DNA of 64,000 bases. Source: Chiloscyllium plagiosum. Taxonomy: Eukaryota. Below the pieces are notes generated by a model. The model had not been told where the DNA came from. It ran no database searches and worked only from the letters and a program-made list of their open reading frames with translations. The position numbers and the translations under genes were made by a program. The DNA is taken from assembly GCF_004010195.1 (NCBI RefSeq), contig NC_057751.1, positions 7,060,133 to 7,124,132 of the forward strand. Reading direction: 5' to 3'. Shown in pieces: positions 44,338-56,718 of this stretch (position 1 is its first letter; the number at the start of each line of letters is the position of its first letter).

Positions 44338-47300
44338 CTCCTGCTCCTCGGATGCTGCTTGGCCTGCTGTGTTTTTCCAGCACCACATTTTTCATCTAAC
44401 CAGTACTAAGTAAGTAGCGCGTCCCTCTTATTAATTAAAAGGTGCAAATACCCAACAACATGTACTTCCATTCATATAAGCTCTGCCCAAAGGCAGATCC
44501 TTGCTTCATTGTCCATCAATGATTCATCCTTTTTAAGTTGATTCCTCGGTTGTTTTTGTTTGTAAGCTGGTGGTTTTCAATTGCCTTCTGCTGTCAGGGG
44601 TAAGAAAGCCTGACCTAAATCTCAGCCAGAATGACAACCAAACCTGCATTGTTGGCATTATGCTGAACCACTCGCTAGTTCACTAGCTAATTGCAAGAAC
44701 CAGCCCCTTCTGAAATGAGTAGTCATTGCACAAACTGTTATTCAACAGCCAGATTCTCTCCACACTAGTCAACTTGAGGTCGAGCTCCATAGTCCAAGCC
44801 ATTTTCACTGACCTGATCTTTCTCCTTATCTTGTTGTTTGTGGAGTTATCATTCTGAACCGGGACTCTTATTCAGTGTGTGGTGTTCCTGGGGAGGAAAA
44901 TGCCACCAACACACTTCTTTGCTTGACGGGGTGTATAGGCCTCTGGTTTCCAAGTGGTAGATGACCAATTACTCTTAACAAGTTAGCTTAGTGTTTGATA
45001 GCTGAGTCATAAGTGACATCAGTTTGATAGACATTGTTACGAAGACGACAGGGGGCTTCACTCCATGAGCTCTTAAGTTATTCTGCCTTCTCTTTTGTAA
45101 GAGAGTATGACATCAGGGATTGGGTATCTCTAATATTAATGCTTTCAGAATTATTACATGTGCAACAATCTGTTAAAAAAAAAACTCAGTGGTACAACCT
45201 GAACTGAACCAAACTGATAGATCACATCATTGACAGTGGACTATATTTTGGGCACATCACAATGGGTACATAATCTTCGACTCAACTTCAACTGTTCTAA
45301 ATCGTTCTGAAGTCAACCTCAAAAAAAGGAGAGTTAAAAGAACAATAGAAATTTCAGCATAAGAGGAAGCCAATATCTCCAGATGCTGGCACCACACATC
45401 AAATTCTCTTCTGTTTCAAATCTGCTATTATCCTCAGAAAAACTCTGTGTATTCCTCACCTCGCAATTACTCCACAGTTTGCAATCGCCTCTTTCTTTCC
45501 AAAGTCCTTGTTGCCTCACAAACCTGTGACCTCAGCTTCCCTGCAGCTGCATGTTTCAGACTGTATAACAAGGCTTCCAGCCTGCCACATCACTGAGGTA
45601 GCCCGAATCAAAACCACGAATGACATCCCTTAGAGGGAGCATGTGATAGTAAACTCTCCACTTTCGATTTGCTGATAAAGCAGCCATATCTCTTATTAAA
45701 GCATGATGACTCATTTTTTGATTTAATTCTCAAATCATTTCTTCTCTGCTGAGTGCACTTCATCTGTAACATTAAGATATAGCTGACCTGTCAGCGTCCT
45801 GTGTTACAACTAGCTGCCTGAAACGTCAACTCTTGCATTTCGAATGCTGCCTGACCTGCTGTATTTTTTCCAGTGTTATGCTTTGTCAACTCTGACTCTC
45901 CAGCATCTGCAGTCCTCACTTTCTGCTGGGGCTAAGTTCCCCACTTCATTGCGGTTTCAGACAGGACAACCTGAACTGTCAAGCTTTTCGGTGAGGAGAG
46001 ATGAACTTTTAGTTCACCACCTCCCTCAGTTGGCTGCAGCAAAGTTAATTAAAAAGGTTCATCTCCTTTGTGGATATCTTTCTCCCAACCTAAGTGAACT
46101 TATGCTTTGAAAGAGACCAATTTAACAACATTTCCTTGAATTAACGAAAGGGTCAGTTTGTTAGTTATTCAACCCAGGAGGAAATAATAGTGCAATACAT
46201 ACACACAGAACAGAAATGAGACATGAGTACAATAAAAGATGAATGTTAAAAGCTATTTAGATCAGTCTGACTGGATGTTTCTTGGACAGTAGATAGTGGA
46301 ACATTTTTATCTCAGTAGACAATTTCAGGATTCCTGGTTTTGTAAGTTTGCCAAAATTGATTTGTCCTGTTTGCCTTTTGACTGCTTGGTTAACGAGTCT
46401 CCAGCACTCTGAGAGAGATTCCTTTACCTGCAGTGCTGCCACAATATGAAGATTTTTTGCCTGTCACTTTCACAGCGCACTAGACTTTGATCCCAGGCTA
46501 GCTATGCATTCGTACCCCAAGTCACTCACATATACTGACCAAGGATGGAAGTCTAGTTGGACACCTACCTCTGTGTATTCATAGACTTCCCTTACCCATG
46601 TCCCTGTTGTCATTTCTCCCAACATGCTCATCGTCTGGCAGACTCACAGGGACATGAAAGTTCAGTTTATAGTGTATTTATCCCCTTCAAGCTTCCTTGA
46701 CATATTTCAGTCTGACATTCCAGAGTTCCTCTCCAGGCAGCCACTGAATTTACATGTACAGACATCTTTTGGCTGCTTCTCCTCTTTGGAAAAAAATACA
46801 TGTTGCAGTTAAAAATTCCATATGTCCGTAGGTTTTGATGTGTGGTCATGACACTTGGAAAATCTATATAAACCATACATTTAAAAGATTACACTTCCAG
46901 CTTGTTGTTCCCCGTGCTATGCCAAATCTGGCTTTTGGAGCATCTTATTTTTAACTGACCCACCACTGACAGCCATGCCTTCAGCTCTCACATAACTAAG
47001 CTCCAGGACTCCCCCCTCTCTGCCACCTTAGTCTCCTTTAAAACCTGCCTCTTTGAGAAAGCTTTTGGTCATCTGTCGTCATCATCACCTTATGAAACCC
47101 AGGGTCATGAAGATCCACAGAATGATTTTTTTAAATTTCTCGGTAGAGGGACGAGATGCTTTTCCTTTCTAAATGCTGGTTTTTAAAAGACAGTCTCCAC
47201 CGACTAAGAATTCCCAGAGGAAAATCTTTTTGCTGACTGGAAATTTCCCTTCCTCCACTCCAGGCTGTCAGTGACGAAGAAATGATCATTAGCCATAGTA

Positions 47301-48047
47301 ATTGGACATAAGTTACGGCAAAATGAACTTGCAAGATTAGTCTCATCAAAGCCAGTTCTCCCGTCACATAAGGAAATGTGAGAAATTTATCACAAACTAC
47401 TTTGCAATCAGCCCATTCCAATCACATAAATTAGATCAAACTTCATTCTCAGATGAAAAGAATTTTTTTCAAAGATCTCTGGGTGTCTTCATAACCAGAG
47501 AATGAATTATGGACAGGGCTGAGCGTTTTTATTAGGAAAGCTGAAACCTGATTTTACAACCTGCTTTGCGCTCTGTCCGTTTTCACCCTCCAGCGATTTA
47601 GGGTGGTAAGGTTAAATAAGAGGCTGCAGACTGTGACTGATTTCTCTGATCAAAGTGAGCTTTATATCTTGGGAACAGCGGTTCGTCCTGACTTTGTTTT
47701 CCCGGCAACACATGCCTCCCTCAACTTTTGGTTGTACATCGACCCAAAAACAGTTAGAATAACATTAGATAACTGGCATTGCATAGTTTCTGATTATTTT
47801 GCATTCCCTCCTTTGTGACAGTGATCGCAGCTGACCACGCGAGAACGGGACACCTGCCACTAATTTCAACCTTAAAATGTCAACCCTCATTGTTTTTTAT
47901 GGACAGTGTATTTCCCTTTTTCTTGGTGAAAGCTTTCTGAGGTAGATTGGCACTGATGTGCTTGGTGCTGTGTAGTGTGTTGCTTGAACAAAATTTTGTT
48001 CTGTCCTGTGTTTCTGTGAGCTGCATTGTACACTAATAGCGTAGGGT

Positions 48048-48270
48048 TGCAGGGAAAAAACTCAGCAGGTCTGGCAGAATCTGTGGAGAGAAAAACTGAG
48101 TAAATGTTTCGAGTGCCATAAACTCTTCAGAAGTCAACTTCAGCGTTCTGAAGAAGTCATGGGACTAGAAACATTAAGTCTGTTTCTCGCTCCACTGATG
48201 CTGCCAGACCTACTGAGCTTCAGTGGCACTTTCTGTTTTTCGGATCTCCAGCGTCTGCAGAATTTCACTT
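48048..48270. mobile_element. Penelope-like fold-back insertion (family 2)
   Basis: CTCAGCAGGTCTGGCAG...TGGAG inverted to CTCCAC...CTGCCAGACCTACTGAG; gttCTGAAGAagtcatgggactaGAAAcattaa core remnant. Confidence 0.75.
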
Positions 48271-48429
48271 TTAATTGTGTTTATGTAGCATCTTGTCAAT
48301 GCATTTTGCAGTTTTTCCAGTTCTTTTCAATTGTTTTCATTGCTGCAATGTTTTCGAAATAAAGTTTCAAATTTGATCAGCCACAAGGTCCCACCAATGG
48401 CAGTGTTTTGCATTTTGTTGGTTTAGTAC

Positions 48430-49135
48430 ATTTTGATGAGGCAAATCAGAGCAGGACATATACACTTAATGTTAGAGTCCTCAGGAGTGTTGCCAAATAC
48501 AGAGACATTGGGGTGCGGGTTCATAAATCCTTGAAGGTGGAGTCACAGGTAGACAAGGTAGTGAAGAAGGCATTCAGTATACTTGCCGTTATTGGTCAGT
48601 GCATTGAGTATAGGAGCTGGGATGTCATGTTGCACCGTACAGGACATTGGTTCAGCCACTTTTAGGGTACTGCGTTCAGTTCTGATCTCCCTGCTTTCGG
48701 AAGGATGTTGTTAAACTTGATAGGGTGCAGAAAAGATTTACAGGGATGTTGCCAGGGTTGGAGCGTTTGAGGTGAATAGACACAGGCTGTTTTCCCTGCA
48801 GCTTTGGAGGCTGAGGGTTGACCATGTAGAAGTGTATAAAATCATGAGGGTGAATAGCCAAGGTCTTTTTACCAGGGTTGGGGATTTCAAAACTAGGGGG
48901 CATAGGTTTAAGATAAGAGGGGAAAGATATAAAAGGGACTTAACAGGCAACCCTTTCATGCAGAGGGTGTTGAGTGTATGGTTTGAGCTGCCAGAGGAAG
49001 TGGTGGAGGCTGGTACAATTACAACATTTAAAAGGCATTTGGATCGGTATATGTGTTGGCAGAGTTCAGAGGGATATGGGCCAAGTGCTGGCAAATGGGA
49101 CTAGACTAATTTAAGATATCTGGTCAGCTTGGATG
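48430..49135 (+). mobile_element. HER1/CR1 LINE 3' fragment
   Basis: ORFs 48408-48665 and 48772-49104 (KTRGHRFKIRG..QRVLSVWFELPEEVVEAGT). Confidence 0.9.
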
Positions 49136-49396
49136 CCAGTCACACTTCCTGTATTGATTAGTGAATGTAAACTATTTCATGTAAAAGGAGAGGCGAAGGC
49201 TTAGTGGTGTGAGAGCTGGACTGTTAACCCAGACACCCACCTCTGATCCCCAGTTTAATTCAATGGCCAAAGAGACCCATACCCGAAAGCTGACTTTTTA
49301 ACACAGACTGGAGTGTTATTTTGGACCTGTGCTGCAGCACAGTTTATACATTCAGGAGAGGTGAGATGTAAAGACAAAGCTGAAGGTATGGTAAAA

Positions 49397-49722
49397 GGGA
49401 GGTGATGGTGTAGTGGTATTATTGCTGGGCTGTTAACACAGAGATCTAGGTTTAAATCCCACCAGGGTAGAATTTGAATCCATTTTGTTTTTAAATCTGG
49501 AATTAAGAGTCAAATGGTGATTGTCCAATGGTTGACTGTCACTATCTGGTTCACTCGTGTCCTTTCGGGAAGAAAACTGCCATCCTAACTTGGTCTGGCC
49601 TACATGTGACTCCAGATCCACAGAAACGTGGCTGACTCTTAACTGCCCTCTGGGCAATTAATGATGGGTAATAAATGCTTCCCTGGTCAGCGATGCGCTC
49701 ATCCTGTGAATGAATTTTTAAA
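49397..49722 (+). mobile_element. tRNA-headed SINE of the second family
   Basis: GGGAGGTGATGGTGTAGTGG (A box), GGTTTAAATCCC (B box-like), body GGTCTGGCCTACATGTGACTCCAG, tail GGGCAATTA..AATAAATGCT..GTGAATGAAT. Confidence 0.82.
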
Positions 49723-49932
49723 AACTGTTGTCCTTCCGTCTTCAATCACTGTCACTCTGAAGTTACGGTTTACTGTTTATTTCTTGCCATTGTATCTTCC
49801 TTCATATCCAGCAAGTTCGGGTTGCTGAGTCCCAGGAATGCCCTGTAGTTTGCTTGAACAGTAAATTTATCGGCGTGATACTGCTGCGAGAAACCAAGAG
49901 ATAAATCACAGGGACGAGAAGGAATTAGTCAT

Positions 49933-50388
49933 CGAGTCATAGAGATATACAGCACAGAAACAGACCCTTTGGTCATTGCTGACCAGATATTCTAGCCCCA
50001 ATGGCCAGCACTTGGCCTATATTCCTCTGAACCCTTCCTATTCAAATACCCATCCTTTTAAATGTTGGAATTGTACCAGCCTTCACCACTTCTTCTGGCA
50101 GCTTATTCCATACACACACCACCCTCTGCATGAAAAAGTTGCCCCTTAGATCTCTTTTATATCTTACCCCTCTCACCCTGAAACCTCTGCCCTCTAGTTC
50201 TGGACGCCCTAAGCCCAGCGAAAAGACCTTATCTATTTATCCTATCTATGCAGCTCATGATTTCATAAACCTCTATGAGGTCACCCCTTAGCCTCCGACG
50301 CTGAAAGGAAAACAGCCACAGCCTATTTAGCCTCTCCCTGGAGCTCAAACCCTCCAACCCTGGCAACATCCTTGTAAATCTTTTCTGA
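49933..50388 (-). mobile_element. HER1/CR1 LINE 3' fragment
   Basis: GAGTCATAGAGAT.TACAGCACAGAAACAGACCCTT...GAGGTCACCCCTTAGCCTCCGACG. Confidence 0.9.
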
Positions 50389-50830
50389 TTGTGGGTTTTT
50401 TTTTTGTTCAGTTTTATGTGCTTACTTTAGTTCATTGGTTGTAAAACATGGGAGACATCAGGGAGGAAAAGACTGTTTGAATTGTTGTCAAGTTACACAA
50501 TAATGATGAAGAGTCTGTTTGAAGAGTTTGATTTTTTTACAATTCCTTTTGGAATGCAAGCACGGACACATTGGGCACCTAATCTCAGGATTGCAGAAGT
50601 AAGGCATTTTGAAACACTTGCAAAGGATCTGTAGGGACTTTGGAGTGTCTCTGGCACATGTGAACAGGCAGTATCGAAATGCAAATCTTCCTAATGTATA
50701 AGCCAAACTGATTTCCACTTGAGAAATTTATACTCTTGCACAAGGTTATATGGCTTTAGGTTTACCCTGAGAAGACAAAGAATTTGATCTTCAATGGCAG
50801 GCATTAATTGCTGTGCTCTTCCATTACCAG

Positions 50831-50980
50831 GAAGTGATGTGTGAGGAGAGAAACCAGGGTGGACATCTATTGGACGAGCCCAGAACTTTACACTTCAAAG
50901 CAAACTCATACGGCCTTCAAGTTTCCGTGCTTGACGTACCCCAGTTCCTGTGGAGAATCAAACCACTGACTGTTTTTCAG
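50831..50980 (+). CDS. unc5d: UNC5D-like netrin receptor, coding exon (UPA domain)
   Basis: ccattaccag|GAAGTG...TTTCAG|gtaatt; 150 nt, phase 0/0; [50 protein letters not shown] (LWRIKP is typical of UNC5D). Confidence 0.95.
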
Positions 50981-51279
50981 GTAATTATGATTCATTTTGT
51001 GCGTGTTGCATTGCGTGTCTTATCCCAGAAGTGGCAGACGGATGAAGGCTTACCCACAAAAAATTAGCTATGACACCAGTTTTGGGGTTCTGCGTTATGA
51101 GCGAGTGATAGATGGAGTGTGTACAGCGATCAGTGTCGGCTGAAGGAGCTGGGAAGTGAGTGGCAAGAGATTTTGTTCTTAAGCTCATATCTATTTGTGG
51201 GTGCGCAAGCTGCCAAAGCAAAAACACGCATTTTAGTGGCACAGGGATAATGGAAATAATTATCCAAAGAAGACCCTAA

Positions 51280-51609
51280 TCATATGATGTGAGAGAGGAA
51301 GTAGAAAATACGGACCATCAAGTCTGTTCCACCATTTAATGACATTGGCCTGATCTGATAGCCCTCAACTGCACCTTCTTGCCTTTTCCCTAACTTGATT
51401 CCATTACTGATTAAAAATCTGTCTATCTCAATCTTGAATGAACTGAACAACACAGCCTCTACATCCTTCTGTGGTAAAGAATTCCTCAGATGCACTGCCT
51501 TCTGAGGGAAGAAGATTCTCCTTATCTCAATATTAAATGGGTGATCCCTCTTTCTCTGAGGTTAAGCTGTATGGTTCTCCACTCTCCTACAAGGGGAAAC
51601 AACCTCACA
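51280..51609 (-). mobile_element. Older CR1 LINE 3' fragment
   Basis: ORF 51280-51495 RNSLPQKDVEA..FKIEIDRFL. Confidence 0.75.
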
Positions 51610-52590
51610 GAGTCATAGTGATATACAGCATGAAAACAGACTCTTCAGTCCAACTCATTCATGCTAACCAGGCATCCGAAACTGACCGAGTGCCATTTGC
51701 TAGCATTTAGCCCATACCCCTCCAAACCCTTCCTATTCATGTACCTGCCTTGATGCCTTTTAAGTGTGAAAATTGTACCAGCATCCACCATTTCCTCTGG
51801 CAGCTCATTCCAAAGACGCACCATCCTCTGTGTGAAAAGGTTGCCTCTCAGGTCCATTTTAAATCTTTTCCCCCTCACTGTGAACTTATGCCATCCAGTT
51901 TGGGCTCCCCAGCACTGGGAAAATGACCTTGGATGTTGACCCTATCCATGCCACTCATAATTTTATAGACTTCTGTAAGGTCACCCTTCAGCCTGCAACA
52001 CTCCAGGGAAAAAAAGCCCCATTCTGATTAGATTACTTACAGTGTGGAAACAGGCCCTTTGGCGCCCAACAAGTCCACACCGACCCTCTGAAGAGCAACC
52101 CACCCAGACCCATTCCCCTACATTTACCCCTTTACCTAACACTAAGGGCAATTTAGCATGGCCAATTCACCTAATCTGCACATTTTCGGACTGTGGGAGG
52201 AAACCAGAGCACCGGAAGAAACCCACACAGACAGGGGGAGAATGTGCAAACTCCACACAGGCAGTCCCCTGAGATGGGAATTGAACCCTGGTCTCTGGCA
52301 CTGTGAGGCAGCATTGCTAACTGCTGTGCTACCGTGCCACCCATTCAGCTGTTCCCTGTAGCTCAAACACTCCAATCCGAGCAACATCCTTGTAAGTCTT
52401 TTCTGTATCCTTTCAAGTTCAACAACATCTTTCCCATGGCAGGGAGAACCATAGAAGTGAACGCACTATTCCAAAAGTGGCCTCACGAAAGTCCTGTACG
52501 GCTGCAACATGACTTCCCTTCTTTGATACTCAGTGCACTGACCAATTAATAGCAAGCATGCCAAACGCCTTCTTCATGTCTCTGTCAATC
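51610..52590 (-). mobile_element. HER1/CR1 LINE 3' fragment interrupted by a SINE
   Basis: ORF 51645-51878 FTQRMVRLWNELPEEMVDAGT. Confidence 0.9.
52025..52342 (-). mobile_element. HE1-type V-SINE inside the LINE
   Basis: GATTAGATTACTTACAGTGTGGAAACAGG...ACCGTGCCACCC; CCCATTC repeated at both ends. Confidence 0.92.
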
Positions 52591-52848
52591 GCCTTAAGGT
52601 TCTTATATGCTTCTATAGATCATCTCCCATTCTGCTAAACTCCAATGAATGCAGTTCAAGCTAATCCTCAGTGGTTGAGTTCAAGTCACATTGTTAACAT
52701 TATAAATAAAATCTACCATCAGTTGTGGTGAAGAGGAAGTTGGATTGGTGGTTTAAAACAATAAACAATGGACATCAGGAATGATTTTTCACTTTCAGGA
52801 CTTGCAAAAGTCTTAACAGTGAAGCAATAATGGTATAACAATGCATGC

Positions 52849-53806
52849 AGAAAATGTGTTGCTGGAAAAGCGCAGCAGGTCAGGCAGCATCCAAGGAGCA
52901 GGAGAATCGACGTTTCGGGCATAAGCCTCCCTTCAGGAATGGGGAAAGTGTGTCCAGCAGGCTAAGATAAAAGGTAGGGAGGAGGGACTTGGGGGAGGGG
53001 CATTGGAAATGCGATAGGTGGAAGGANNNNNNNNNNNNNNNNNNNNNNNNNNNNNNNNNNNNNNNNNNNNNNNNNNNNNNNNNNNNNNNNNNNNNNNNNN
53101 NNNNNNNNNNNNNNNNNNNNNNNNNNNNNNNNNNNNNNNNNNNNNNNNNNNNNNNNNNNNNNNNNNNNNNNNNNNNNNNNNNNNNNNNNNNNNNNNNNNN
53201 NNNNNNNNNNNNNNNNNNNNNNNNNNNNNNNNNNNNNNNNNNNNNNNNNNNNNNNNNNNNNNNNNNNNNNNNNNNNNNNNNNNNNNNNNNNNNNNNNNNN
53301 NNNNNNNNNNNNNNNNNNNNNNNNNNNNNNNNNNNNNNNNNNNNNNNNNNNNNNNNNNNNNNNNNNNNNNNNNNNNNNNNNNNNNNNNNNNNNNNNNNNN
53401 NNNNNNNNNNNNNNNNNNNNNNNNNNNNNNNNNNNNNNNNNNNNNNNNNNNNNNNNNNNNNNNNNNNNNNNNNNNNNNNNNNNNNNNNNNNNNNNNNNNN
53501 NNNNNNNNNNNNNNNNNNNNNNNNNNNNNNNNNNNNNNNNNNNNNNNNNNNNNNNNNNNNNNNNNNNNNNNNNNNNNNNAGGAGCGGTAAGTGCAGGAGA
53601 TGCGGTGGAGGGCATCGTCGACCACGTCTGGGGGGAAATTGCGGTCTTTGAAGAAGGAGGCCATCTGGGTTGTACGGTATTGGAACTGATCCTCCTGGGA
53701 GCAGATGCAGCGGAGACGAAGGAATTGAGAATATGGGATGGCGTTTTTACAGAGGGCAGGGTGGGAGGAGCTCTGATCTCCAGCATCTGCAGTCCTCACT
53801 TTCTCC
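52849..53806 (-). mobile_element. Family 1 Penelope element spanning the assembly gap
   Basis: Minus strand SSHPALCKNAIPYSQFLRLRCICS (PLE RT thumb region); flanks TATAACA(A/C)TGCATGC (52834-52848, 53807-53821). Confidence 0.88.
53027..53579. other. Assembly gap (553 N)
   Basis: Run of N. Confidence 1.
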
Positions 53807-54074
53807 TATAACACTGCATGCCAAGCATTCACAGTTGTAGTTGATATGATTTTGGTGGTACCAAAAGTATTGGGTTGAGAGTGGAATTCTATTGACTGCA
53901 ATGAAACTGAATATCGAATTCTGCAGATATCAAGCAACACTTGAATGCCTCCTGTTCTGAAACACTCAGGATGAATTCTTGCTTTGTTTCATTGCTTCAT
54001 TGACATTCTGGCAATCTTGCTTCATCCAAACAAATCTGAAACACGTACAAAGCTATCACCTTTTCTGTTTGTAA

Positions 54075-54700
54075 AGAAGCAATTTGCACCTATTTTCCAC
54101 CTTTCACGATCCTTACAGTAACTAAGTGTCTTTGAAACTGTTGTAGAAAAACATCACATTTCTCACAATAGAACAGATTTGAACATCAAAAACATTTAAT
54201 GGTCTGCACACTGCTCTGAGATGTCCTGAGGCTGCGAAAGCGATGACACTGATGCAAGCCAATCTTTCAAACATGCAAATTAATTTGTGCAGAGCATTGG
54301 CCCACCAGTGCAATGGAATAAGTGAGTGGAGATGTTACTTCAGTGGTGGTGGTGGTCTGGGAAAACTCCCCTGCTCCTCTTTAGTTCGTGGCAAAGGTAA
54401 CATTCCCTCTCAGCTGTGCTGCCGCACTGCTTCTCTGAGGGTCTGTGAACTCCAGTTGTCAAGCCAATGTTGTCCCATTCAGAAGTTGCAATGGAGAAGA
54501 ATAAAATAAGAGGAAAGATACACACAATAGGGCAAAATAAGTCTTGGTTTCCTGTCTCACATGAAAGACAGCAACATCTGCAGCATAGCATCCCCTCAGT
54601 ACTGCACAAAAAGTATCAGCCTCGATTTTGAGCTCGGGTCTTCAGAATGGAGCTTCAACCCACATTTTTCGATGTTCAAATCTGTTGGCTTCCTGAAAGC
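54075..54700 (-). mobile_element. DeuSINE (SacSINE1-like) relic
   Basis: CCTTTCACGATCC, AATTTGTGCAGAGCA, GAAAACTCCCCTGCTCCTCTT, GAAAGACAGCA...CCCTCAGTACTGCAC motifs. Confidence 0.55.
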
Positions 54701-55179
54701 CAACAGTGCTGTCTGGTGAACCAAGGCTGATATTAATATTCCATGTAAACCCATTAATTTTTATCTCATTTTGAGTGTTGGGAAATGTAATTATACATAA
54801 AATTGATTTATTCATTCTGGTGAATGCATGAGCTTTGTAAATTGCTGATGTATTTTTTAAAAATTATGTAAAAATTACCTTATTTGAATATTTCACATCA
54901 CAAATTTAAATACTACCAATAGACACAATTATTAATATTTATGTTGTTAGCTCTGTAATGGTAGTCCGCTTACATCCCAATCGTAACAGTGGCAATTGTC
55001 AGTACCTTTCGGCTAAGACTTCTTTGCAAGAGCAGGTGCAATGGCTTTATTAATGAATGACATGTTTTTGCAATTCAGTGTCTATAATTATCCAAATTTT
55101 CAATGTACTCAGAATGATGAGAATGTGGGACTTGCTCCTGCAAGGAGGAGTTGAAGCAACTCAGGAGATATCAAACTGT

Positions 55180-56200
55180 TTTGGAAGGATATTATTAAAC
55201 TGGAGAGGGTTCAGAATAGATTTGCCGGGTTGTTGTCAGGAATGGAGGGTTTGGGTGCTAAGGAGAGGCTGGGTAGGCTCGGACATTTTTCACTGGAGCG
55301 TAGGAGGTTGAAGGGGGTAACCTGATAAAGGTTTGTAGAATAATGAGGGGTATAGAAAAGGTGGATTTCAAGACTAGGTATCATATCTTCTAAGGTGAGA
55401 GGAGAAAGTTAAAAAAGGCACGAGGGACAATCTTTGTGCACCGAGAGTGGTCCGTATGTATGGAATGAACTTCCAGAGGAAGTCATGGATGCAGGTACAG
55501 TTACAATGTTTAAAAGACATTTAGATAGGTACATGTTTAAGAAGCATTTAGAGGGATATGAGCCAAGTGCAGGCAGATGGGATTTAGTTTAGTTTGGAAT
55601 TATCGTCGATATGGATTGGTTGGACTGAAAGGTCTATTTCTGTGTTGGTATGATTTTATGACTATATAATCAAGATGTCAGGAGTTACTGTATGTGAGAA
55701 ACAGTTTTAGAAGCAGCTCGGAGAAAGTTCACTTGATGAATTCCTCGGAAAAAAGGCTTGTCTTAGGAGGAAAGGTTGACAGTTTGAGACTGCATCCTTT
55801 GGAGTTTTGAATAATGGGAGGTGTTCGTATAAAAGCATATAAGAATCTGAGGGAGTTGACAGGGTGGATGCTGAGAGATTGTTTTCCTGAATGAGAGATG
55901 CTAAAATGAGAGGAAACAGGTTACAAATGGAGGGGTTTCCCTTTAAGAGAGTGATAAGGAGATTTTTTTTTTCCCTGGGAGTTCCCAGTCTGTGGAAGTT
56001 TCTTCATACGACAGCAGTGGAGGCAGTGTCATTGAATATGTTTGAAGCTGTCTAAGAGAGACTCTTGATTGGTAAAGGTTTCAGATGGTATAGTGAGTGA
56101 ATATTGGAGTGCAGTTAGGTCCAAAATCATATCAGCTGAGGCACAGCAGTCTGAAGGGGCTTGATATCCCACTCCTGCTCTTGATTCATAGTTTTATATG
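55180..56200 (+). mobile_element. Two adjacent decayed CR1 3' fragments
   Basis: 55180-55665 is HER1-type (TATGATTTTATGAC tail); 55700-56200 is the older type. Confidence 0.75.
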
Positions 56201-56389
56201 TATGTTCATTTGGCGGGAAGGGACCGACGTGCTGCTGTGGAGGTAGGAGTTGGTAATCTTGTGTCTCTAGTGGATAACGGGCTCAGAAGTACATACTCAA
56301 ATGGGACATCCAGGCTGCGTGTAGTGTGGTTCAGCAAAGCCACAGAATTACCACTGTACTCAGTAAGCATAAATATTTGATGTTGCATA

Positions 56390-56718
56390 AAATCCATACA
56401 ATGTGAAAGCAACGAGTCCACATAACCCCTCTAAAGGACATCCCACCCAGGCTCATCCTCCTACCCTATTCCTGACACCTTGCATTTCCCATTTCAAACA
56501 CACACATCTCTGAACACTATGGGCAATTTATCATGGCCAGTCTACCTAACTTGTACATCGTTGGACTGTGGGAGGAAACCAGAGTACCTGGCAGAGACCC
56601 AGGAAGACTCAGGGAGAATGTGCAAACTCCACACAGACGGTTGCCCATGAGTGGAATCGACCCTGGATCCCTGGCACTGTAAGGCAACACTGCTAACCAC
56701 TGAGCCACTGTGCCACCC
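56390..56718 (-). mobile_element. HE1-type V-SINE
   Basis: GTGCAAACTCCACACAGAC...GCTAACCACTGAGCCACTGTGCCACCC. Confidence 0.9.

Larger units (their letters stand above)
43714..44390 (+). mobile_element. Family 1 Penelope element: inverted terminal repeat, GIY-YIG fragment and 3' repeat
   Basis: ORF 43951-44409 FTCTSTHIIYCICCTQCGLLFIGETGRLLAERFSKHL..VAEHFN; flanked by TCTAACCAGTA (43703-43713, 44395-44405). Confidence 0.92.

Noticed and set aside
43030..50840. Two consecutive exons both start CAG|GAAGTGATGT (EVM)
   Set aside because: Similarity does not extend past the first codons; not evidence of exon duplication.
52933..53799. Long ORFs of 190-288 aa in the ORF track
   Set aside because: Artefacts of translating through the N gap; only the Penelope RT fragment beside the gap is real.
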